Shown here: positions 1 to 14,718 of the stretch, piece by piece
Layout: the number at the start of each line of letters is the position of its first letter
How positions within the stretch are numbered: the stretch's first letter is position 1
Assembly (NCBI RefSeq): GCF_006345805.1
Contig: NC_043012.1
Span: forward strand, 26,288,001 to 26,352,000
Origin: Octopus sinensis
Taxonomy: Eukaryota
DNA length: 64,000 nucleotides
Reading direction: 5' to 3'
Program-made: the position numbers and the translations under genes
The notes under the pieces: generated by a model
Told to the model about the DNA's origin: nothing
The model's database searches: none
Seen by the model: the letters and a program-made list of their open reading frames with translations, nothing else

Positions 1-114
1 CACACGTACACAGACACACACACACACACTTTTATATATATATACATAGGGGTGTGTTGCTATATGATAGTATATATATATATTTATATGCATCTATGTG
101 TAAGTTTATGTATG

Positions 115-162
<48 letters not shown>

Positions 163-510
163 CTGTGTATATGTCTATGTTTATATATGTATATATATAT
201 ATGTATATATGTATATGTATATATATATATGCATATATATATGTATATATACATATATATATATATTATATATATATATACATATCTATTTGCGTGTGTG
301 TGTTTATGAATATTTATATATATATATATATAATATATATATATGCTTATGTATACGTAAGTATATGTGCATATTTATATATATTTGTGTCTTCGTTTAT
401 CCTATACACTACACCTCGGCACGCACATACGGAAACACGCACACACTCACATACACACACACACACACACACGCACATACACACACAATACAATAACGAT
501 AAAATATATT
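1..510. repeat. Compound (TA)n/(CA)n microsatellite
   Basis: Direct: interrupted TA, CATA and CA runs. The overlapping YI-rich ORFs are artefacts. Confidence 0.95.
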
Positions 511-654
511 CTAAAACAAAATTGGAAATGTAATTGAATAATAGAAAATATACAGACCAACTTGTTAAATATTTTTACATTTTGTTGTGTTTTTGTTTGT
601 ATACATTCAACTGTATTATTTTCGTATACATTCCCATATTTCTACATGGTATTT

Positions 655-787
655 AATATTAATAACAATAACAACATCAATAACAACAACACTACCACTA
701 CAACTACTACTACAACTAATACCACTACTGCTGCCACTACTACTACTACAACAACTACTACTACTACTACTATACTACTACTACTAC

Positions 788-827
<40 letters not shown>

Positions 828-1061
828 TGCTGCTACAACCACCACCACCACTATTACTACTACCACTAATAATAATAATAATAATAATAACAATGATGGT
901 GATGTGGAGGATGATGACAATGGTGAAGATGATGGCGACGACGGTAATAATAATGATAATAAAATAACAACAAAAACATCAATAACAATAACAGTTATAA
1001 AACTACTACTACAACTACTACTACTAATAGTAATAATAATAACAATAACAATAACAACAAC

Positions 1062-1111
<50 letters not shown>

Positions 1112-1137
1112 CAACAATAATAATAATAATAATAATA

Positions 1138-1176
<39 letters not shown>

Positions 1177-1185
1177 TAATAATAA
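655..1185. repeat. Compound trinucleotide microsatellite (AAC/ACT/GCT/AAT)n
   Basis: Direct: successive trinucleotide runs. Confidence 0.95.
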
Positions 1186-1589
1186 GTGCCTTTCACCGAG
1201 AAGAATTTCTTAAAACCTCAGTAATATGGTATTCTTTCCTAAAGTGTTGAGTGTGTAAAAATATATCCTATTAATAAAATGAAAACCTAAAAAAAAATAT
1301 TAAAAAAGAATCACGATGTTATAAAAAAATAGTTTAAATAACGGTTTATGTTATATTAAGCAATGGAACTATAACGATTAGAATTATAATTTCTTTTTTG
1401 GTTTTTAATTTTTATACGGGAATAAAGTTGGTTAAAACTGTGGTTTTTAAAGGCACGTTAAATAATGATGTTTATATCTTTTTATATCTTTTTCAATATC
1501 ATACAATATTTTCAAAGTGGATTGGAATTACTCGTAAACCAATATTATGATTGGAATTTCGATTTCTTCGTCAAAGTACTAATTTGATG

Positions 1590-1800
1590 TGTAAGCTGTA
1601 TTTTCTGCGGCAGTTGTATATCCTTGTACACAGGAAAGAAAAAAATATGGTGACGTCTCAATCTTCAAAGATGATTGCTCTTGTCTTTGTGTTTTCTCGT
1701 TCTCAATGACGTTTCTAACTTTCCGTCCATGACCTCTCAGATGACTATTTAGTCCCGTTGCTTTGTAATCGTGCGTCTGCGACTGGTTGGGTTTACAATG
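1590..1800 (-). mobile_element. Possible very old hAT (Charlie/Buster-like) transposase N-terminal remnant
   Basis: Minus strand translates with stops to WKYGFIVNPTSRR...EVMDGKLETSLRTRKHKDK, weakly resembling the YLKYGFI...EAMKPSRL..HL...H.DK region of Charlie-type transposases. Confidence 0.3.
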
Positions 1801-2299
1801 AAGCCATACTTCCATCGTCATAGGACATTCAGTAGACGAAATGATAGATTTCAAATGATGGCTCCATAAAGAGCTAGCGGTATATCATACGGTTATGGTG
1901 AGAAACGCTTGTACACCACGAGTACCACTCGCTGACAGTTTGAGATTAGTGCTTAGTAATCACATGAGACTCCAGGTTTTACTTGGATGATGTGACAAAA
2001 AAGACATAGATACACGTACACAAATACACACATACAAAAACATGTAGACGTATGGCACAGATTTCAAGGATGCTGGACAAGCAATTTTCCGTATCACGTG
2101 GTCCTGTTCTGTGACTCATTCGACACAATACTTGGTAGAACACTAAACTACATCAGAAAAGCAGAAACCTTAATAGTAGCGGAAGAAGTGGAATAGAGAG
2201 GATAAGATAATATTGGTTGCTAAAGAATTTTGATGAACAAATGGATTTTTGTCAGTCTGTCAGTCAGTCAGTGAGAAGTACATAGATACATAGATACAA

Positions 2300-2333
<34 letters not shown>

Positions 2334-2334
2334 T

Positions 2335-2691
2335 ATACTCTTTTAACCTTATATTTGTTGCAGTCATTTGATTGTAGCCATACCTAGAGCACCACCTTTA
2401 GTCGAGCAAATTGAGCCCAGGTCTTATTCTTTGTAAGCCTAGTACCTATTCTACACCAGCATCGGTCGTCAAGAGTTGTTGGGGGGGGGGACAACCACAG
2501 GCACACAAACATATATACACACATACATATATACATATATATATACATGTATACGACGGGCTTCTTTCAGATTCCGTCTACCAAATCCACTCACAAGACT
2601 TTGGTCGGCCCACGGTGCCATGCAATGGGACTGAACCCGGAACTATGTGCTTTGTATGCAAGCTACTTACCACACACCCACTCCTACGCCT
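2335..2691 (-). mobile_element. tRNA-derived SINE, family A (about 400-bp abundant family)
   Basis: Homologous to the copies at 11044, 34030, 42670 and 62455: tRNA-like head, central ggatttggtagacggaa, tail ...tgcaacaaa. Partly deleted. Confidence 0.9.
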
Positions 2692-3180
2692 ACAGGACGA
2701 TGCAGGACGAACGTATTATGTTCTCTCCATCAACCACATTCTGATGTGCAGGCAGTGAATTTGAGCCTGAGATAATGGCAATTTGATGAGATTGCTCCAC
2801 AACACTGGATCGACTTCACTTGGCAGATGGATGCAATCATTTTTATACTCATACCCAAGAGTTGTTAAGCCGATTACACGTATACATACATACATAATTA
2901 TGTATATATTCACAACATAAACACAAACACACACACATACACATATACACATAGATATGTATATACACACATTAATATAACATATAAACATATAAATATA
3001 TGAAACGCATCTATTACATATTCATATCAAAATTATATATTGATATCACAAATATATATTATATGTGTATGTATACATACTTAGATGCATACATACATAC
3101 GCATGTATGTATATATTCATATACTATACATATATATATACATATTCATAAAACAAATAAATATATATACATATAGACAA

Positions 3181-3243
<63 letters not shown>

Positions 3244-4510
3244 TATATCATAGACATATATGTATTGTATACATATGCATAAATATATATATATATATAT
3301 CCATGTATATACATATATGTATATGTGTATGTATGTCTATATATGTGTATGTACACATCGACCTACATACATACACACTTACACACAGACACACAAACGC
3401 ATTCACACACACCAAATACACATACACGCATATATTCCACTTGTGCGATTCGCCGCCAGCGTCCAAGCTAAGGCAGAATGTCAATAGTCTGTTGGTTTTT
3501 GTTTTCTGGTTCCAGACTAAAATGTATTTGTTACTTCAGTTGAAGTTGCCTTCACGAAAAAAGGCCAATTCTTCTCATCTAAGTGAGTCATGTGGGTATA
3601 TCATCGAAATGAGGCGGCCGGGCGTCGCTGGGTAGCCGTTAGTGAATTGGTTCGTTTGACTGCGCATAGAATCGGTTTTGATAGCAAGACATTTTGAAGC
3701 AGGAGCCAGAAAGCAAGATATGCTCACACACATAAACTGAGAGAGTGAGAGATAGATAGATAAGTAGAGAGAGAGAGAGACAGAGAGACAGAAAGAGAAT
3801 GAGATATATATAAATAGAGTAGAGGGAGAGGGAGGGTGAGTGAGTGAGTGAGTGAGTGAGTGAGTGAGAGAGTGATAAAGACAGAGCAAGATGTGGAAGA
3901 GAAAAACATAAGATCTGAACTCCGATAAGCCAGTGTCGAATCATTGACGCCAAATAGGCGGCGCCAAAACGGCTGTTCCAAAACATCTCATACACGAATA
4001 TTATGGGTCGTGGTCACAGGAATGTTTTGAGCTGGCTTTCTTTAAAACGTAACGTAAAAAAAAAATGTGACTTAAGCAGTACCTAAAAGTACAGGAGAGA
4101 TAGCGATGAAAATAACTCGTATATCAAGCTAAATTTAATTCTGTTACTGTGTATATTTGATCACAACCATTTTGCAAAAGAAAAATGAAACAAAATCCAA
4201 GGAAAAGATATTAACGAAAATAAGAAATATAAAGATATCAACCAGCACGTTCGAAATGTGATAAAAAATTACAGTTTAATCATAAATCTAAATTTTATTG
4301 AAAAGAATTGCTCATTACTGAGAAGTTTAAAATCTCATCTTGCCTATATTTTTTCCTATTTTCTTTTTGCGTTCTTCAGAAAGTGTTTTAAATAAATAGT
4401 TTGGTAATAGTTTAGCTTAATATTTATACAATAGTCTATACTATGAATTAATTTACTAACGTTTCTTTTTTACTGAGTATTTAGTAAGAAGGATATGATG
4501 TCGCCTGAGA

Positions 4511-4777
4511 TGGGAGCTGGGGTTGCAAATAAATAGCCCATACTGGAGACAAATTCTGCGAAAGGGGATGAAGCGATCGGAAGATAAACACGAATTCGCC
4601 ACGAAGAAGGAAAAACTAGTAGCGGCGGCAGAAAACGCCTTCAAAAGCACACGCTGTAAGCAGGAGTGCCACTCTCGTGTGGGCCTGCACAGCCAGAATC
4701 GAAGCTGCACCACCAACAGCTGACACGATTTCTACGGGCGCAGATGCAATGCATGGTGTCTCGAGACCAACGGATAC

Positions 4778-4814
<37 letters not shown>
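4511..4814 (+). mobile_element. RTE-clade LINE 3' end
   Basis: WRQILRKGMKRSEDK...FKSTRCKQECHSRVGLHSQNRSC* matches the RTE C-terminal C2H2-like motif (CHSRIGL.SH). Followed by an RTE-type 3' UTR (gagaccaacggat) and a (TAC)n tail. Confidence 0.8.
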
Positions 4815-5111
4815 ATTAATAAAGGAGAGTGAATGAAACAAAAGTACATATATATACCATGGATGTAAGGCGGCACTCTGGGAGAATCGTCAGCACGGCG
4901 TGCAAAATTGCATGGGGAGCGCCATTGAAGGAATTTAGTCCAACAAATCTGACCCATTTTGTAAAGCCTAGTCTGTAATCTGACTCTTACTGAACCTCTA
5001 AGTGACGGGGTAATAAGCAAACCAACATCGGTTGTTATATAGTGAAGCGAGGGCAAACGCAGTCTCATATATATATGTGGGTGTGTGTGTATATATATAT
5101 ATGTATATATA

Positions 5112-5240
5112 TATTAGCCGAAATTTGCTATGACGATTCGGTTCCTGACTGAAGATTAGAGGCTTCGAATGACCCGTCCGTTTTTTGTGTCGTCTCTTTG
5201 TGTTTTTTGCGTTCTTGTCCCATTTTGTATATTTTATATA
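5112..5240 (+). repeat. Interspersed repeat family E (gcttcgaatgacccgtcc...gcgttcttgtccc), probable PLE terminal remnant
   Basis: The same sequence recurs at 21465-21545 (+) and 57035-57260 (-), always next to TA microsatellites. PLE origin is inference. Confidence 0.7.
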
Positions 5241-5248
5241 TAATTTTT

Positions 5249-5305
<57 letters not shown>

Positions 5306-5398
5306 TGTATATATATTTTCTCTGCATTTCTTCTCTCTGACTCACAGGTCTACACTTACAGAGGTACCATCCATTCTTGCCATTTTTGCATAATAATA

Positions 5399-5441
<43 letters not shown>

Positions 5442-5529
5442 TTATTTACTTATTTATTCATTTATTTATTATTTTTTAAAAAATTTATTTATTTTTTTTT
5501 TTTAAGTTTTATTTTTATGTATTAGACAT

Positions 5530-5660
5530 TCACTAGTACAACACCAAAAAAAAACCCCAAATATATGGCACAGAACTTCCAACCTGTTGTCTCTTGAGGT
5601 CTCTGGGTGAGCCTTGGAGCCAACTTGTACAGACATAAAGCAAAATTCAAACATAGAATA
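5530..5660 (+). mobile_element. Probable 3' UTR fragment of an R4/Dong-type LINE ending in (TAA)n
   Basis: gtctcttgaggtctctgggtgagccttggagccaacttgtac...aaacataga runs into (ATA)n. Assignment is from recall and context only. Confidence 0.45.
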
Positions 5661-5759
5661 ATAATAATAATAATAATAATTATAATAATAATAATAATAA
5701 TTTAGAGCACTCAGAGATCCGCCAAGGCAGCACCAGCTAGCTCTCGACGATTAACCAGA

Positions 5760-6055
5760 GATGATTTTATAAAATGAGAATGTCTGAAATAAACCCGACT
5801 ACTCTCACAAGCGAGAATACTAAATATGAATGCAACTGCTCTCAAAAATTAATTTTAAAAAACCCCTAAGAATAATCCAGAATCCGCGTCCAGTACTGTA
5901 TCGATCCCAAAATCTAATCAATTCGTGCCACTTACGAGGCCAAACATCTCTGAAAGTTTCATCTGAATCCCTTCAGCGGTTCTTGAGATATCTTGTCCGC
6001 GGACAAACAAATACGACTGAAAACAATGCTTCCGTCTTCGCTAAGGCGGATGTAA
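5760..6055 (+). mobile_element. Helentron/HINE-like non-autonomous element, 3' part
   Basis: Contains gaaagtttcatctgaatcc...gagatatc...acaaacaaa and a terminal stem-loop cttccgtcttcgctaaggcggatgtaa, typical of HINE/DINE-1-like ends. Confidence 0.55.
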
Positions 6056-6072
6056 TAATAATAGTAATAGTA

Positions 6073-6106
<34 letters not shown>

Positions 6107-6107
<1 letters not shown>

Positions 6108-6669
6108 TGTTTTGTCTTGGTATAAAAGATGGGCTACAGCAAATATTCTGCTCAATACCACAGATTTGCTTGTCAGTTGTTTGGCTTGTTTTGTCTTGGT
6201 ATAAAAGATGGGCTACAGCAAATATTCTGCTCAATACCACAGATTTGCTTGTCAGTTGTTTGGCCTTAACCAGTTGAGCATGTCCCTTAGTGGCTGACGA
6301 TATGTGCATCTCTGATCACGAGCAGAAGTAGTGGGGGAGCATCATGGCCATGTGTTGAGAGGGATTCTTTGGGGTTTGAATAATTCACCTCTGGAAAGAT
6401 AGGTGTTTCGTTCAACATCCTAAAGCAACCCTTATTCAGGGACCTTTTGAGCAGGATGGGCTACTCAACCTGAAGAAAATTCTAACTGGGCTCCACCTGC
6501 AAGGTCATGTGCTGTTTATCTTGATATGAGATCACCATGTCGCGCACATATGGTTGTGATGCATGTGCCTGGTGTACCTTTATCAGACGGGTAGTCATGA
6601 TGGGTATATTGGGCTTCGTATATTTTACCCCAGTGTCACTTTGATGGCATGAACTGCTCTCTCACTCAA
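6107..6669 (+). mobile_element. Non-coding (TAA)n-embedded interspersed element with 79-bp 5' tandem duplication
   Basis: About 560 bp of complex sequence flanked by (TAA)n on both sides, ending ctctctcactc-(aat)n. 6107-6185 is identical to 6186-6264. Confidence 0.75.
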
Positions 6670-7965
<1,296 letters not shown>

Positions 7966-8000
7966 TTACCTCCGCCTTAGCGAAGACGGAAGCATTGTTT
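7966..8000 (-). mobile_element. Isolated 35-bp HINE-like terminus
   Basis: Reverse complement of 6021-6055 with 1 mismatch. Confidence 0.65.
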
Positions 8001-8191
8001 CTCTTTCTCTCTGTTATCTTTTTCCTGTATATAATTCACTATTCTGTTATAAATATCTCCATCTTGTTTCTTCTGTTTTTCTCTCTATCTTTGCCTGCTT
8101 CTCTTTCTCTTTCTCTGTTTGTCCGTAATTCATGCTCTCCTCCCCTGCCTATCCTTCTTTCTCTCTCTTTTTCTCTCTCCCCCTTTGTCCT

Positions 8192-8223
<32 letters not shown>

Positions 8224-8649
8224 ACCCCCTCTGTATAGTTTTCACCTCACCGAGCTTTTAATTAAACTACTCAAACCCGAAAGAAGATAGAAAGGAAGAA
8301 CAGAAATAATAATAGTAGTAGTAGTAGTAGTAGTAGGAGGAGGTGGAGGAGGAGGAGGAGGAGGAAGAAGGGAGGAGATGGAGGGGAGGAGATGGAGGAA
8401 GAGGGGAATGAGTATCAGCGGCACAGGTAGCAACAGCAGTAGTTACGAGAGCAGTAATAGTTGCAGTAGTAGTTGTAGTAGTAGTAGGAGGAGTTGGAGG
8501 AAGAGGTGGAGGAAGGGGAGGGGAATGAGTATCAGCGGTACAAATAGCAACAGTAGTAGGTATCAGAGCAGCAGCAGCAGCAGCAACAATAGTAGTGGTA
8601 GTATTAGTAGTATAAAACGTTTTAGTGGTAGTAGTAGTAGTATTAGTAA

Positions 8650-8724
<75 letters not shown>

Positions 8725-8759
8725 TAGTGGTAGTAGTGGTGGTGGTGGTGGTGGTAGTA

Positions 8760-8791
<32 letters not shown>

Positions 8792-9195
8792 ATAGTAGAA
8801 GTGTAAGAGTAAATAGATAAAGGAGAAAGAGGAAGAGAAGGGGAAAAGGCGGAAGAGAGATATTCTTGTGCGTTTGTCCCAATTGCTCTGACCTAAAGTC
8901 TGCGGGGAAATAATTGGAAGAATTAAGTGTTAAGACTTTGACTTCAAGCGGTTGATTCAAGTTGAAATGAAAGTGTAAGCATTGATAATAATGGAGAGAG
9001 AGAGGAGGGATGGGACTGAGAAAGAGAGACTTAGAAAGAGAGAGCGAGTGAGAGAGAGATAGAATTAGAGAGAAAGTGAGAGCAGTAGACAGAGTATGGT
9101 CCTCTTGCTGCCACTACTATTGCTACTGCCACTATTTTTCCTTCACCACCACCACCTCCTCCTCCTCATCCTCATCATCATCATCATCATCATCC

Positions 9196-9231
<36 letters not shown>

Positions 9232-9569
9232 CCATCCTCCCCTCCTCCTTTCAATGTGGTGGTCCTATTTCACTTCTCTTCCCCTCCTCCTTCTCTCATC
9301 ACCCGTTTCTCTTTTTAATTTTGTTGTTTTTGCTATTAACCCTCTTCCTCCCCTTGCCTTCTCCCACCACCACCACCACCACCACCACCAACTCCTCCTC
9401 CTCCTCCTCCTCTTCATCATCTTCATCATCATCATCACCATCACCAGCATCAACATCACCATCAACAGTCTAGCTAAAATTCAGACTTGTTAACTGCTAT
9501 ATAGTATAATTGTTCTATACTAGACAGAAAAAGCTTGGATAATGTACAAAGGTGTGGCGAAAAAGATTA

Positions 9570-9810
9570 AAAAAACATTGATATGTCGATCTTTCGTAGT
9601 TTGGGCAGGATAAGTTGGAAAGACAGGATCAGGATATCAAATGGAAGTCCAAAGATAATCGTTGCCGAGAATCAAATCCTCTAAGCTAAGACAATTTGGG
9701 CATACAATGTTTCAAGAGTCAGAGTAGAAGACTATTCTGACAGAAAGTGTTAAAGGGAAGAAGGAAAGAGACCGTCAAAGATAACAAAAAATGGGATGGA
9801 AATAAAAACC
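9570..9810 (+). mobile_element. Degenerate RTE-clade LINE C-terminal fragment
   Basis: Broken frames give FRSLGRISWKDRI, LRQFGHT and KTILTESVKGKKERDR, matching the RTE R.L.ISWKD...FGH..R...EK....G...GKR.RGR region. Confidence 0.6.
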
Positions 9811-9954
9811 CGGCTGATAGCATGTATGTAGTACAATGTGTAACGTATTGCAAAGTTTTCGTAATGTTAACTTCGGACAATGAAGGGCAACTTTACTTTA
9901 ATGGAAAAGATCATCTACGTATCATATTAAATAAATAATATATATATATATATA

Positions 9955-10232
9955 TTACCGTGATCACCGTGACCGACTAGGGTATCAGATGTTGCTACAC
10001 ATCGCTGGTCACAATTCGCTTCGCATTGTTTTAGCCTTCAAAAGCGAGCAGGCCAACAGGAGAAAGAGTGAGAGAAAGTACAGCAGTTTACGCCACCCGC
10101 CCCCTGCCGGGTTCTCGTGGAGGTTTAGGTGTTTTCGCTCAATAAACACTCATAACGCCCGGTCTGGGAATCGAAATCGCGATCCTACAACCGCGAGTCC
10201 GCTGCCCTAACCACTGGGCCATTGTGCGTCCA
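9955..10232 (-). mobile_element. tRNA-derived SINE, family C
   Basis: Minus-strand head tggacgcacaatggcccagtggttagggcagcggactcgcgg...cgattcccagaccggg has A/B-box-like motifs. Tail cggtcacggtgatcacggtaa. Confidence 0.9.
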
Positions 10233-10254
10233 TATATAATATATATATATATAT

Positions 10255-10576
10255 ACCTTGGGCAAGTGTCTTCTACTATAGCCTCGGGCCGACCAAAGCC
10301 TTGTGAGTGGATTTGGTAGACGGAAACTGAAAGAAGCCCGTCGTATATATGTGTATGTATATATGCGTGTGTGTGTTTGTGCGTCTGTGTTTGTCCCCCT
10401 AGCATTGCTTGACAACCGATGCTGGTGTGTTTATGTCCCTGTTACTTAGCGGTTCGGCAAAAGAGACCGATAGAATAAGTACTGGGCTTACAAAAGAATA
10501 AGTCCCTGGTCGAGTTGCTCGATTAAAGGCAGTGCTCCAGCATGGCCGCAGTCAAATGACGGAAACAAGTAAAAGA

Positions 10577-10577
<1 letters not shown>
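10255..10577 (+). mobile_element. SINE family A, 5'-truncated
   Basis: Starts at accttgggcaagtgtcttc and ends gaaacaagtaaaagag. Confidence 0.9.
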
Positions 10578-10609
<32 letters not shown>

Positions 10610-10612
<3 letters not shown>

Positions 10613-10920
10613 CCGTGATCACCGTGACCGACTAGGGTATCAGATGTTGCTACACATCGCTGGTCACAATTCTCTTCGCATTGTTTTAGCCTTCAAATGA
10701 CGCCGCCCCGCTGGCTAAGCGAGCAGGCCAACAGAAGAAAGAGTGAGAGAAAGTTGCAGCGAAAGAGTACAGCAGGAATCACCAACACCCCCTACCGGGG
10801 CCTCGTGGAGCTTTAGGTGTTTTCGCTCAATAAACACTCACAAAGCCCGGTCTGGGAATCGAAATCGCGATCCTACAACCGCGAGTCCGCTGCCCTTACG
10901 ACTGGGCCATTGTGCGTCCA
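10610..10920 (-). mobile_element. SINE family C, full length
   Basis: Near-identical to 9955-10232, with an extra ~19-bp segment. Confidence 0.9.
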
Positions 10921-10931
10921 TATATATATAT

Positions 10932-11020
10932 ACCTTGGGCAAGTGTCTTCTACCATAGACTCGCGCCGACGAAAGCCTTGTGAGTGGATTTGGTAGACGG
11001 AAACTGAAAGAAGCCCGTCG
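10932..11020 (+). mobile_element. SINE family A fragment
   Basis: Same 5' breakpoint (accttgggcaagtg) as the copy at 10255. Confidence 0.85.
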
Positions 11021-11043
11021 TATATATGTATATATATATACGT

Positions 11044-11446
11044 AGGCGTAGGAGTGGCTGTGTGGTACGTAGTATGCTTACCAACCACATGGTTCTGGGT
11101 TCAGTCCCACTGCGTGGCACCTTGGGCAAGTGTCTTCTACTATAGCCTCGGGCCGACCAAAGCCTTGTGAGCGGATTTGGTAGATGGAAACTGTAAGAAG
11201 CCCGTCGTATATATGTATATATATACATGTGTGTGTTTGTGTGTCTGTGTTTGTCCCCCTAGCATCGCTTGACAGCCGATGCTGGTGTGTTTACGTCCCC
11301 GTAACTTAGCAGTTCGGCAAAAAAGACCGATAGAATAAGTACTAGTCTTACAAAGAATAAGTCCTGGGGGCGATTTACTCGACTGGTGCTCCAGCATGGT
11401 CACATTCACATGACTGAAACATAGTAATAGAATAAAAGAATGAAAG
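11044..11446 (+). mobile_element. SINE family A, full length
   Basis: Head aggcgtaggagtggctgtgtggt...ggttcagtccc, central gcaccttgggcaagtg, tail gtgctccagcatgg...tgactgaaac...aataaaagaa. Confidence 0.92.
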
Positions 11447-11770
11447 ATACCGCTGAAATATCGGAACGAGGGGACAGATGCGCTTCATCTTATTCAGCGC
11501 TTCACAAATTACCAAGCAATGCACACTGTGCCGTCTGTCGCGGTTACCAAGTGTTTTAGAAATCGAGGATCTTTCATCAATGCAAGGCAATATATTATTT
11601 GCTGTTTCGTATATATCAAGGAATAAATTTCGTCGTAATATGTATCATACGGGCGCAATGCGTTTGTTTTTCTCATAGAGTTACTGCACCAACGCTGTTC
11701 GCAGAACTGCGGTATATAGTTGTGTTTTAACGCATCATGCTTTATAGGGATTTCTCTCTCTGTCTCTCCC

Positions 11771-11851
<81 letters not shown>

Positions 11852-11935
11852 AAAAAAAGGAAAAAACAAAGGTATCTACATATTTAATATGGTATACATA
11901 TGGTGATTATATTTCAATATCTATTACTTTTAACT

Positions 11936-12011
<76 letters not shown>

Positions 12012-12589
12012 TATCTGTCTTCGTTGGAAAGGCAGAAGGAAAGATATATATATATAAGTGGGGTAGAGCGGACAAAGAGAGAGAGGGGGAGAGTAAGAAA
12101 AGAAAGAGAGAATGAAAAACAAAAGGAAAATAAGAGAGTGACTGACAAGCAGAGATAGAGAAAGCATAATTGTGTGTGTAAAAGGAGATGAAATCGGAGC
12201 TGTTAAAGTTTAACTATATTTTTGCTGTCTAAATGTAACGATGTTAAAAAAATTTCCAACAATAATTATGTACTTACAAGTATTAACACCAATTTACTCG
12301 TTCAATAATAAATAAATGTCAACAACGATGCAATATCTCGGAGAGATGAATCTCTTACTTTGCCTCGTACTTATTTTTCTTTCTTAATGTTAATATGTGT
12401 TAAATAATAAATTGCCAATAACAACCGAACAATCGAATGCAATAACATAACAATAAACGAAACTCTTTCTTACCAGGCATTATTTTCCTGTGGATATGAA
12501 GATTAAAGACGATTAAATCCTACGTTAAATTTTTATTTTTAAAACATTAAATTACCTCGTCATCAAAAGTAGTTATTGATAGCTAATAT

Positions 12590-13750
12590 TTGCAAATGTT
12601 TTCTCTCGCTTATGACTTGTAGAAGTAGAAAACCAATCGATCAAGACGTATTTCTCCTTTGTTTTATATTTTGTCGAATATCATGTGGTATTCGGTATCT
12701 GATATCAGAACGAAAAGATCCAGAAGAAATACCGTTAACCATTTTGTCCGACGTTCAAACGATTCTTCCAGGTTGCCAGCTTATACGCTGCTATTACATA
12801 GTAGCTTCAAATTTTGGTAAAACTCCAGCAATTTTAGGGAAAGGGGCGAGCCAGTATTAGCGACCCCAGTTCTTCACTGGTACTTAATTTTTTGACCCAA
12901 GTGTTTGATTGCTTATTATTTTATCAACCCTGAAAGACTAAAAGGCAAATTCGATCTCGATAGAATTTGAAATCGGAAGGTAAATACCCGAATGAAGTGC
13001 CGCTCAACATTTTGTCCGGCGTGGTAACAACGGTCCTGTCAGTTTGCTGCGTTATACTCCGTTATAAATGGTTTCAAAGTTTGGAACCAGGCCAGCTATT
13101 ATAAAGGAAGAAACCAATCGATATCATCAACCCCAGTGCGTGACTGGTACTTATTCTATCGACCCTGATAGGATAAAAGGCAACCACGACTGCGGCGGAA
13201 TTTGAAAGCAGAAGTTAAAGAGTCGGAAGAAACGCTGCTGGACATTTTATCCGATGTAAGTCAATATTATCTACTCCAGTGCTCAATTGATCCTTATTTT
13301 ATCGAACCCGAAAGTATGAAAGGCAAACTCAACCTCGGACGAATTTGAAATCAGAACGTAAAATGCTGGAAGAAATGAGGGTCAACATTTTTCCGACGTG
13401 CTTAACGATTCTGCCAGCTCCCCGTCTCATGCTTTGTTATAGTATAACTTTAACTGGTTGGGTTTCCATAAAGAACAAACATATTTGCAATGCTAAGAGA
13501 TGTGTTAGGTGGATATCATAGACAGCTCTTTATATAAAAGTAGAACTTAAGGCAGCGAGCTGGCGGGATCTTTAACGCGCCGAGCAAAATGCTTAGCGAC
13601 ATAGACTCTGTCTTTATATTCAAACACCGGCGGGGTTGACTTTGCCTTTCATTCTTTCGGAGTCGATAAACCAAGTAAGTACCAGCTGAACACTGGTGTC
13701 GATATAATCTCTTCGAAATTGCCGGTCTTGTACCGAAATTTGAAATCAAT
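12590..13750. mobile_element. Cluster of five MetaSINE-like SINEs (four on -, one on +)
   Basis: Repeated motif gtcgactttgcctttcatcctttcggggtcgataaaataagtaccag (resembles the Meta domain) with head ggc(a/g)gcgagctggc. Copies at about 12600-12790, 12803-13050, 13065-13255, 13260-13422 (-) and 13550-13750 (+). Confidence 0.8.
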
Positions 13751-14255
13751 ATACAAACATCATCTAGAATTATAAAGGTGAATGTATATGAGAAATTTAT
13801 TTGAAGTGGAAAGCAAATAATATCAAGCTTGACAACATTAGATATCGAAAATGATAAAAATTATTATATACTAAGACAATATGGTGAAAAGTAAATATTA
13901 AAAATGATAAAATTATATAATCAAGCAATTACTGACAAACCTAAGTATGTAATTAAAATTCATAGGATAATTTGCTAAGGAAAATATTTGGGTGTTGAAA
14001 AAAAAACCCTTGAATTTTCTGGGTGGGATGTTGGTGAGATTTAAAAGATGGGTAAAACTGGTGGCAGACTAGTACGACTGCGACAACAGAAACACACAAA
14101 CACTATGATAGTGATGGTGGTTATCTGGTGTCGCTTAAGCATACCAACACCTATTGTCTGTGTTAGCGACACCATTGATAGTTTTTCTACATTTATTGCT
14201 GAAATGTTGCCGCTAGCAAATCAATAACACTCACAGACAACAAATTATTTTAATG

Positions 14256-14300
<45 letters not shown>

Positions 14301-14441
14301 TGGTGTGTGTGTGTGTGTGTTGTGTGTGTGTGTGTATGTATGTATATGTATGTATGTATGTATATATATAAATATACATATATGTATGCATGTACGTAAA
14401 GGTATATATATATATATCAAAATAAGCAACAAGAATGACTC

Positions 14442-14485
<44 letters not shown>

Positions 14486-14665
14486 ATAAGTGTGTGTGTG
14501 TATGTATGTAGGTTTGTATGTATGTAAGTCTTGGGAGAGAAAGAGAGAGGATAGTACTTTCACATGTCTACGAAATGCAATTAAGCGAAGGAGATACTCT
14601 AGACTATTAGGTACAGTAAAATAACATTATTCAAAGGTGGATCGCAAGAATGTCAACTGAGTATA

Positions 14666-14718
<53 letters not shown>

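Noticed and set aside
8378-8590. About 118-bp tandem duplication giving a Ser/Gly-rich ORF
   Set aside because: Duplication within purine-rich microsatellite, with no splice or homology support.
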